Assembly (NCBI GenBank): GCA_902550325.1
Contig: CACCYT010000002.1
Location: 53,929-117,928 of the forward strand
Length of the DNA: 64,000 nt
From: an uncultured Bacteroidota bacterium
Lineage (GTDB): Bacteria > Bacteroidota > Bacteroidia > Flavobacteriales > Flavobacteriaceae
Reading direction: 5' to 3'
The translations under genes were made by a program, and so were the position numbers. The notes beneath the pieces were generated by a model. It did not search any database. It was not told where the DNA came from and worked only from the letters and a program-made list of their open reading frames with translations. Positions 8,626-15,863 of this stretch are shown piece by piece. Numbering within the stretch: position 1 is the first letter of the stretch; every line of letters starts with the position of its first letter.

Positions 8626-9490
8626 AATTATAACAACAATTCTATTATGGGTATGTTTATCATGTTCAAGCAGCTCTTATGATCAAACTCAAAATCAACA
8701 AGATGATGAATTAGTTCCTTTACTCAATTTGTCAGACACAAGCTTTTTTATTGAACAGCTTATCGACGGGGCGTTGGTTTCAAGGGAGGTTATAATTGAA
8801 GCGCCAAACAATATTGATGAATCTATAGATTACCCAATTGTAATCGCTTTTCACGGCAGGAATGTTGTAAATGAGACTTGGATTAATAAATTAAATCACC
8901 TTACATCAATTGGTGAATTTGTTGGTGTTTATCCTCAAGGTTATAATAAGATGTGGAACTCAGGAGGAAATGAGAGTTCAAATGCAGATGATATTTCATT
9001 TGTAGATTCTATAATTGTCCAACTAAAAAACTATAAAAATCTAGACCATAACAAAAGATATGCTATTGGAACATCGAATGGATCAAGTTTTACAAATAAA
9101 TTGGTCATTGAAACTCCCTATTTTAATGCAGCATCTACAATTGTAGGTCAATTACCCAAACAATACTCTCCGACAAATCAAACAAAATCAACTTCAATAT
9201 ATCAAGTTAATGGTGCAGCTGATACTACTTGTCCTATAGATGGTGGTCCCAAATTAGGATACGTATTTTTAGAAGCATTAGAAAGTGCACAAACATGGGC
9301 AAATGCTTTTGAATGTGATAGTTACCAGCTTGAAAATATTGGTGATGATAAGTTGTATGTTTTTAAAAACTGTAACGATGGAAAAGAAGTTCGTTATTTA
9401 AGAATTGAGGACGGTCAACATAATTTACACTGGGGAACTAGTGCTAACCAGTTGTTTTCAGATATTTGGGAATTTTTAAAAAGATTTTAG
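8612..9490 (+). CDS. Secreted alpha/beta-hydrolase esterase (PHB-depolymerase/LpqC-like), lipoprotein; paralog of 4390..5250
   Basis: Lipobox WVCLSCSSS, AFHGRN, and nucleophile elbow G-T-S-N-G (AIGTSNGSSFT). The C-terminus NCNDGKEVRYLRIEDGQHN is nearly identical to the paralog. It overlaps the sulfatase stop by 14 nt. Confidence 0.6.
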   Translation: MNLNKIITTILLWVCLSCSSSSYDQTQNQQDDELVPLLNLSDTSFFIEQLIDGALVSREVIIEAPNNIDESIDYPIVIAFHGRNVVNETWINKLNHLTSIGEFVGVYPQGYNKMWNSGGNESSNADDISFVDSIIVQLKNYKNLDHNKRYAIGTSNGSSFTNKLVIETPYFNAASTIVGQLPKQYSPTNQTKSTSIYQVNGAADTTCPIDGGPKLGYVFLEALESAQTWANAFECDSYQLENIGDDKLYVFKNCNDGKEVRYLRIEDGQHNLHWGTSANQLFSDIWEFLKRF

Positions 9491-10092
9491 TTGTAATTTA
9501 TATTTCTTAAAAACCTGTAGTGTCCGATTATTTCAAAATTAAATAAACAATCATCAATATTTTGACCAGCACCAATGTTGTGGACAATCATATAATTATC
9601 AGAATTTGAAGATTTTTTATTTACCACTACACCAATATGTGTTGTTCCACCACCTAAATCCCAAGCCACAATATCACCAGGAAGGTAGTTTTTTGAATCA
9701 TTAGTTATTGTGAGAGATGCACCTTGTCTTTCAAAATAAGTCATTTGATTGGGTACTCGCCTGTGATCAATATTTTTGTCAGGTTTTTTAAGTCCCCAAA
9801 TTTTGGGATACAAATCAAAATTATTATTCATGTCCTCATGGATTTCTTTTTGAAGGTCTAAACCAAGCGATCGGTATGTTCTAACTATAACATCTGTGCA
9901 AACACCAATACCATCAGGAACATCTCCATTTGGATAGGGGATAGAGTAGTAGCTTCCATCATATATAACTTCATCTTTTGTAAGTTCAATAGCTGCATTG
10001 GATATATTTTCAGATGAAAATGATTCCTGTGAAAATATTGTATTTACAGCTGATAAAATATATAAAATTAATAGAGTGTTTAATTTATTCAT
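9487..10092 (-). CDS. DUF1287 domain-containing secreted protein
   Basis: Signal peptide MNKLNTLLILYILSAVNTIFSQ. DUF1287 hallmarks as I remember them are present: YDGSYYSIPYPNGDVPDGIGVCTDVIVRTYR, NIDHRRVPN, PGDIVAW, THIGVVV. Its start overlaps the upstream gene stop by 4 nt (ATGA-type overlap). Confidence 0.65.
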   Translation of the reverse strand: MNKLNTLLILYILSAVNTIFSQESFSSENISNAAIELTKDEVIYDGSYYSIPYPNGDVPDGIGVCTDVIVRTYRSLGLDLQKEIHEDMNNNFDLYPKIWGLKKPDKNIDHRRVPNQMTYFERQGASLTITNDSKNYLPGDIVAWDLGGGTTHIGVVVNKKSSNSDNYMIVHNIGAGQNIDDCLFNFEIIGHYRFLRNINYN

Positions 10093-10619
10093 TTAATGTC
10101 TTTATATAGTTCTTCAAGATCTATAGTTGCTTGTTTAATATCATCAAAATCAATGTCGCAGATTTCCTTTGAATTGCGTCCATACAAGCGACTTATGTTG
10201 TGGTCTCCATCATTATTTTCAGCAAAATCAATTATTTCATCAGCTGCAAAATATCCAATAACTTTTAGTACCTCATTCAAATCTTTTTTTAAATCCATTT
10301 TCTCTGGATATTGTATATAAAGAGTATCGATATTGAACAATAATTTTCCACCATTTAAAAATTCAATATTTGCCATAAATATTGGATTAATGTCATTTTC
10401 CTCCATAATCCAGCTTATGGTTATAGGATCACCTTTTATTTTATCAAAAAACCTTTCTTCATTTTCCCATAGTAAACTGTACTCCTGATCATCTTTCATT
10501 GCAATTAATTCTTTGATTTTAAGATGGTGTTGTTTTAAGAATAGGGCACTGTAGTTGAATGTTATTCCACTCAAGCTAAATGAATTATTTTTTTTATTGT
10601 AAGAAAAAAAATTAATCAT
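10089..10619 (-). CDS. Hypothetical small acidic cytoplasmic protein (176 aa)
   Basis: The ORF lies 19 nt downstream of the 1032-aa gene and overlaps the DUF1287 start. It has no signal peptide or TM segment and a D/E-rich C-terminal half (DFAENNDGD..., DIDFDDIKQATIDLEELYKDIK). I recognise no family. An alternative start at M41 (10499) is possible. Confidence 0.55.
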   Translation of the reverse strand: MINFFSYNKKNNSFSLSGITFNYSALFLKQHHLKIKELIAMKDDQEYSLLWENEERFFDKIKGDPITISWIMEENDINPIFMANIEFLNGGKLLFNIDTLYIQYPEKMDLKKDLNEVLKVIGYFAADEIIDFAENNDGDHNISRLYGRNSKEICDIDFDDIKQATIDLEELYKDIK

Positions 10620-10638
10620 AAACTACTAATTATTTAAT

Positions 10639-13600
10639 TTAAAAAGTTAAATCACGAACTATAATTACACCATCTTCGCTTATTGTCATTATTTTCTTTT
10701 CATCTTTAGAAAACATAACATTAGTTATTTTTTTTGGTCCTCTTCGGTCTGTACTATGAATTGAAAAATTTGAACCATGTTCTTTGAATGTTTCTACAAT
10801 TTGATAACCATATTCATTATTGTTTTTCTTGATCCTTGCAATATATATTTTATTACCCAAAACATGTCCACGCCCACCTGCTAGCAATGATTCATAGGTC
10901 GAGTTTGTTAATGCCATGTATTCTCCAGATGGAGAAAAACACATAAAACTTTTTTTGTACTGACTATCAGATTTACCCCATTTTAGATTATTAGGAATGC
11001 TAGCATGCCATAGAGCACCATCACTATCTGAACTCATTAAAATACCATCCTTATTAATTCCACACACCCAAATAGCTTTGTTCTTATAGTTTTTATTAGA
11101 TTTAATTACAATATTTTGTTGAGGTTTGGTTATTGAAGATTTTGTAACATGAGTTTGTGTATCTACTTTCTTAAAATTGATTTCACTTTTTTTTTCATCA
11201 TAATGAACCTTAAATATGGAAATAAATCCTTTACCGGACCTTTTTTTTCCAACAATAGATAAAAACTTATTATCATGACTAAATGACACGTAATTTACAA
11301 ACCATATATCATCATAAGGGTCTTTGGTTGAGTCGGTCAGTTTAATTTCTTCTTTTTTCTTACTTTTATCTTTAACAATTCCTCCCAAAACATATGTTTC
11401 TTTTCTGTATTGTGGATGTTCGTGAGGGTGTTTACGTGCATTTATAAAGTATTGTCTAGATATTTCATTCCAATCTCCTTCCTCTTTATCCTGTTTAAAA
11501 TATCTGTATTTACATACCAACTCAACATATAATTTTTCATCTGGACTTTTGAATCTAAAAAAATGAAATTTTGAAGAAGATATTTTTTTAAGTGTAATAG
11601 GGTCATAGACAATTATATCTCTTACTTTATTATCCTCCATTATTATTTTTCCATCCTTATCAAATTCCAAAAACTTTCCTGAAAAAAAATCTATAATTTC
11701 ATCAGTTTCAATATCTAAAAGTGAATATTTATCTTTTTCTTTTTCCTTCCTTAAAATATATCTTCCATTTGGATGCAAATAAGACTCATCATATAACTCA
11801 GATTCAATGGGTAGTTCTTTTTCTATAAATTTATCATCAAAACACCAAAAGTAAATTTTTGAGCCACGACTTGTTATAATTTTATTTAGACTTTTGTTAT
11901 GGGAAATAATATTACCAACTACAGCTCCTTTTATTTCTAAATTTTTTGGGTTTATTATAATTTCTGTTTTACTTAGAATAAAATCTGGATTGAACTTATA
12001 ATCCTTTTCTGAATATAATCCGGAAAAACCTTTATTGGGAAAATCGCCTTTTTCATCTAGTTTGCCTTCATTAAATAAAGTATTTTTTTTATCTGATAAT
12101 TTGTAGCAATAAACTCTGTTAATTGTATTATTTATTTTTTTATACCAAATAGCTTCGTTTTTTTCAATATGACTGAAGTTTAGTATCGAGTTTTTACTTA
12201 TTTCAAAAATTGGTTTTTTAATTTTCGATATATCAAAAAGAGTAAAATTATCATTTATTGTAGCAGAAATATAGTTGTTCGAATTGGATGAAAAAAAATT
12301 AAGCTCAGCTTCTTTACTCAATACTTTTTTTTGATTTCCAATAAGTAGAGTACAATAATCACCTTCATTGATAATTAAAAGTTGATTTTGAATTTTTAAA
12401 TCAATTTTCCCACCTTCAAACTCTGGGTAAATACTTTGTACTGACTTCTTTTTTTTATCAATGAAAAAGATTTCAGTTGTTGATTTAGTAATAATATCAG
12501 GCTTGAAATCTTTTATTTTTCCTTTTTTACTATCTATTTCGTATGTTATTTTTTTGAGTAGTTGAGTTTTAACTTTATTTATTAAAAAATAACCACCAAC
12601 AGTTCGATAGATTTCATTATATCTTTCATCATAACTTTCTAAACCATCTGCTTTATCATTTTTTAAAATATATTCATCTGTTCCAAAATCAACTAGATTG
12701 ATCCATTCTTGAACTTTGGTCTCATGTTTTTTATAATTAAAACCAGAATTTTTTGAATTAATAAAGCCTCTCTTATATGAATATTTTTCTTTATTAGCTC
12801 CATAAAATATGTTAGGTGAGTATACTTGGTGAAAGCATATTCTATGAATGGGATAATTTATTTCCCAATTTCCATCTTTAAAGTAATTTTTAGGAAAATC
12901 TACACTAAAATTTACTTTATCTAAATAATTTATAATTCTTATCGAATTATTCCACATTGAAATTTCATCACCATCTTTAGTAATAACACAATCTGAAAAT
13001 TTATTATACTCACACGAATAAAAAATTTTTTCTAGATCAACTACTGTAATTTTATCATCGTGATTCAAAATAAGTCTACCATTGAAGTTGTTATGGTAAT
13101 AATTAGAGCATTTATATTTTTTAAGTAAATTAAAACAGCTATTTTCGAAAGAATAGCAATAAATAATATGTTCGTCTGAAAATGATTCGGAGATCCAAGC
13201 CTTATCTTTTTGAATGAAAATTTCTTTACAACCATTACCTTTTATTTCACTAACAATGGTCATTTTATCTGTATTGTAAATACTTAGCTTTATTAAGTTA
13301 TTATTTAGATTATCAATTTGCTTTATAAATAGATAATTTTTTTTATCTATCTTAATTATTCTATCAGCTAAAAGATTGTTTTCTAGAAATAATTCATCTA
13401 AATTCTCATTGTATATGTGAAGTCTGTCTTTCATTTTTATGAAAGTGAAATCATCGAAAATAAAAGCTTTATCAAATACGCTTGAACCGAATCTTCTTTT
13501 GTTTAAGACTGTGAATTCCTCAGAAAATTCTTCATTATCTGTTTTACATGTAGCTCTGTAATTTCCTGGTTTCTCAAATATCCTGTATGTAAGGCTATCT

Positions 13601-13737
13601 TTTTCTGGATTTATTGTGTCGTATAGCTTATTTTCAAAGAAAATTTTGATTGAATTTTCTTTTTTTCCTCTAAGGATTTGAAAAGTTTCATTCAAAAAAC
13701 CTTGTTTGGGGAATACTTTTACCGGAACATTGATCAT
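10639..13737 (-). CDS. Large (1032 aa) cytoplasmic hypothetical protein with a WD40/TolB-like beta-propeller C-terminal region
   Basis: An uninterrupted 3.1-kb ORF with no signal peptide. The C-terminal third has WD40/TolB-style strings: VNYVSFSHDNKFLSIVGKK, FMCFSPSGEYMALTNS, ITNVMFSKDEKKIMTISEDGVIIVRDL. The middle has LHPNGRYILRKEKEKDKYSLLDIETDE. No Walker A, nuclease, protease or other catalytic motif was recognised. Confidence 0.7.
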   Translation of the reverse strand: MINVPVKVFPKQGFLNETFQILRGKKENSIKIFFENKLYDTINPEKDSLTYRIFEKPGNYRATCKTDNEEFSEEFTVLNKRRFGSSVFDKAFIFDDFTFIKMKDRLHIYNENLDELFLENNLLADRIIKIDKKNYLFIKQIDNLNNNLIKLSIYNTDKMTIVSEIKGNGCKEIFIQKDKAWISESFSDEHIIYCYSFENSCFNLLKKYKCSNYYHNNFNGRLILNHDDKITVVDLEKIFYSCEYNKFSDCVITKDGDEISMWNNSIRIINYLDKVNFSVDFPKNYFKDGNWEINYPIHRICFHQVYSPNIFYGANKEKYSYKRGFINSKNSGFNYKKHETKVQEWINLVDFGTDEYILKNDKADGLESYDERYNEIYRTVGGYFLINKVKTQLLKKITYEIDSKKGKIKDFKPDIITKSTTEIFFIDKKKKSVQSIYPEFEGGKIDLKIQNQLLIINEGDYCTLLIGNQKKVLSKEAELNFFSSNSNNYISATINDNFTLFDISKIKKPIFEISKNSILNFSHIEKNEAIWYKKINNTINRVYCYKLSDKKNTLFNEGKLDEKGDFPNKGFSGLYSEKDYKFNPDFILSKTEIIINPKNLEIKGAVVGNIISHNKSLNKIITSRGSKIYFWCFDDKFIEKELPIESELYDESYLHPNGRYILRKEKEKDKYSLLDIETDEIIDFFSGKFLEFDKDGKIIMEDNKVRDIIVYDPITLKKISSSKFHFFRFKSPDEKLYVELVCKYRYFKQDKEEGDWNEISRQYFINARKHPHEHPQYRKETYVLGGIVKDKSKKKEEIKLTDSTKDPYDDIWFVNYVSFSHDNKFLSIVGKKRSGKGFISIFKVHYDEKKSEINFKKVDTQTHVTKSSITKPQQNIVIKSNKNYKNKAIWVCGINKDGILMSSDSDGALWHASIPNNLKWGKSDSQYKKSFMCFSPSGEYMALTNSTYESLLAGGRGHVLGNKIYIARIKKNNNEYGYQIVETFKEHGSNFSIHSTDRRGPKKITNVMFSKDEKKIMTISEDGVIIVRDLTF

Positions 13738-13818
13738 TTAACTGTTTTAGAACTTCTAACATTTTAATATAACAATTTATAAAGTTGTTTTTTGTTAAAA
13801 ATTTGCTAAAATAAATAG

Positions 13819-14210
13819 TGGAGCCGGAGGGATTCGAACCCTCGTCCAAACGACTGAAACATCAGCTTTCTACAAACTTAGTTTTCATTTAATTTTCGAT
13901 GATGATCTTGCTGAAAACTACACAATCAACACTTAGCTTCTAAATTTTCAAACAATCATTGAAGCAATGATTATTCTATGTTAACAGTATGGTGTCTCAT
14001 TAAAAGTTGTTGCTAACAAAAACAACTTTGAGACATCTCGCTTTCCTGCCTGGCAGGACTAGGCTCAGACTTACTATAATTCAGTCTTTAAGCAGCAAGA
14101 GCGTATTTATTTTCGCCATTTAAAGTTTTTAGCTGATATTAACGAGCTATAACTAATCGCTCGGTTTGCTTACTAACACTACTAGATCGCTGTCAAATCC
14201 AGTCGGCCCC
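13819..14210 (-). ncRNA. ssrA: tmRNA (transfer-messenger RNA, SsrA), one-piece, ~392 nt; CCA not encoded
   Basis: On the minus strand the 5' end is GGGGCCGACUGGAUUUGACAGCGAUC and the 3' end is CGAGGGUUCGAAUCCCUCCGGCUCCA. The acceptor stem GGGGCCG/CGGCUCC has G3-U and a tRNA-Ala-like T-arm (GGUUCGAAUCC). The internal tag reading frame at 14088-14117 is GGC GAA AAT AAA TAC GCT CTT GCT GCT TAA, giving GENKYALAA*, which closely matches the flavobacterial tag GENNYALAA. Confidence 0.92.
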
Positions 14211-14255
14211 ATAATTTCAATGATCAAAATTGGAGAGTAAAAATATAAAAACTTA

Positions 14256-15056
14256 TTAAATAGAAGATTTTATTTTTACAAGTTTGGAAATAAGATTGTC
14301 CAACTCTTCTATTGGTAACATGTTTTTTCCATCACTTTTTGCAGATTTAGGGTCATAGTGTGTCTCAATAAAAATACCATCAGCCCCAGTTACAATCCCT
14401 CCTTTTGCAATGGTTTCAATAAGTTCAGGCTGTCCATCTGTCACACCAGAATCTTGATTTGGCTTTTGTAATGAGTGAGTAACATCCAAAATAACAGGAG
14501 CGTAAACTTTCATTTTAGGAATATTCCTAAAATCAACAACTAAATCTTGATATCCGAACATAGTTCCTCTTTCAGTTATAAAGACATTATTGTTTCCGGA
14601 TTGTAAAACTTTATCAACTGCATAACTCATACTTTTTGAGTCCATGAATTGTCCCTTCTTGATATTTACAATTTTACCACTTTTCGCTGCTGCAACTAGT
14701 AAGTCAGTTTGTCTGGCTAAAAAAGCAGGAATTTGAATAATGTCCACATGATCTTGGGCCATTTCAATATCACCAACTTCGTGAACATCTGTAGTTACTG
14801 GAATTTTCAAATCATATCTAATTTTGGAAAGAATTTTTAAAGCTTTTACATCTCCTATCCCTGTAAAACTATCTATTTTACTTCTATTTGCTTTTTTGAA
14901 ACTTCCTTTGAAAACATACTGTATATTATGTTTTTTTGCTATTTCATGACATTTTTCAGCAATTTTGAGTGACATTTCCTCACCCTCAATTGCGCATGGT
15001 CCAGCAATTAGTAAGAATGGGCTTTCTTTTTGAAGTAATTCTTTTAGTGTTTTCAC
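14256..15056 (-). CDS. kdsA: 3-deoxy-8-phosphooctulonate (KDO-8-P) synthase
   Basis: 266 aa. PFLLIAGPCAIE, KGSFKKANRS, and the PAFLARQTDL, HS.Q.P and ETH..P blocks are typical of KdsA. Confidence 0.9.
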   Translation of the reverse strand: MKTLKELLQKESPFLLIAGPCAIEGEEMSLKIAEKCHEIAKKHNIQYVFKGSFKKANRSKIDSFTGIGDVKALKILSKIRYDLKIPVTTDVHEVGDIEMAQDHVDIIQIPAFLARQTDLLVAAAKSGKIVNIKKGQFMDSKSMSYAVDKVLQSGNNNVFITERGTMFGYQDLVVDFRNIPKMKVYAPVILDVTHSLQKPNQDSGVTDGQPELIETIAKGGIVTGADGIFIETHYDPKSAKSDGKNMLPIEELDNLISKLVKIKSSI

Positions 15057-15070
15057 TTTTGCAAATGTAA

Positions 15071-15757
15071 TTAAATAATGGACTTGCTTTTGAGTTGAAA
15101 TAATCTATTGTTTTCAATTCTTAGAGTTGTTTTTGGAAATTTATTAATGGTATTATAATCATGGGTTGCCATCAAAATTGCACTCCCTTGGTTGTTAATA
15201 TCACTTAATAAGTTCATTATTTCAGTACTTGTTTGTGGGTCAAGATTCCCGGTTGGCTCATCAGCCAAGATTAATTTAGGTTTATTTAGCAATGCTCTCG
15301 CAATTGCTATTCTCTGTTGTTCGCCACCTGAAAGTTGGTAAGGCATTCTATTCATACAATCTTTCATGCCAACTCTATCAAGTACTTCATTGATCCTATC
15401 ATTAATCAATTCTTTCTTTTTCCAGTCAGTTGCCCTAAGTACAAATTCTAAATTTTTTGCCACAGATCTATCAGGAAGCAACTTGAAGTCTTGAAAAATC
15501 ATTCCAATTTTTCTTCTTAGTAGTGGAATTTTTTTGCCTTGAATTTTAACTAGCTCATCATCAAGCACCATACAGTTTCCCGACTTTATTTTTATATCAG
15601 AGTAAATAGACCTCAATATGCTGCTTTTACCACTACCAGTCTTTCCAATTAAGTAGATAAAATCATCTTGTGAGATTTCAAAACTTAAATTTTCAAGTGT
15701 TTTAGTTTCATTAATTTCAATAAAAACATTTTCAAAAACAACTAACTTTTTTTTCAT
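15071..15757 (-). CDS. ftsE: Cell division ATP-binding protein FtsE (ABC ATPase)
   Basis: Walker [13 protein letters not shown] signature [15 protein letters not shown], Walker [13 protein letters not shown]. The size and sequence are FtsE-like. The start was trimmed to [11 protein letters not shown]; the track start is 15778. Confidence 0.75.
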   Translation of the reverse strand: MKKKLVVFENVFIEINETKTLENLSFEISQDDFIYLIGKTGSGKSSILRSIYSDIKIKSGNCMVLDDELVKIQGKKIPLLRRKIGMIFQDFKLLPDRSVAKNLEFVLRATDWKKKELINDRINEVLDRVGMKDCMNRMPYQLSGGEQQRIAIARALLNKPKLILADEPTGNLDPQTSTEIMNLLSDINNQGSAILMATHDYNTINKFPKTTLRIENNRLFQLKSKSII

Positions 15758-15863
15758 TTTGCTCTGTAAAGTTATCAAATCATTGATGCTTCAAAAATAC
15801 TAATTAGTCAGAATTAATTGATTTTATTCAAATTTATTAATCATCTTTGCCAAAAAATTTAAG

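Noticed and set aside
11227-11250. A P-loop-like string GKKRSGKG occurs in the 1032-aa protein.
   Set aside because: The final residue is Gly rather than Ser/Thr. No Walker B or other NTPase motifs follow, and the context (FLSIVGKKRSGKGFISIF) looks like a beta-hairpin turn inside a propeller blade.
1-13800. A direct repeat of the tmRNA 3' end (attL/attR-type) could delimit an integrated island.
   Set aside because: I saw no copy of the ssrA 3' segment in any intergenic gap when reading by eye, and no integrase gene is present. This scan is not exhaustive, so I list it as a check under the island finding rather than claiming it.
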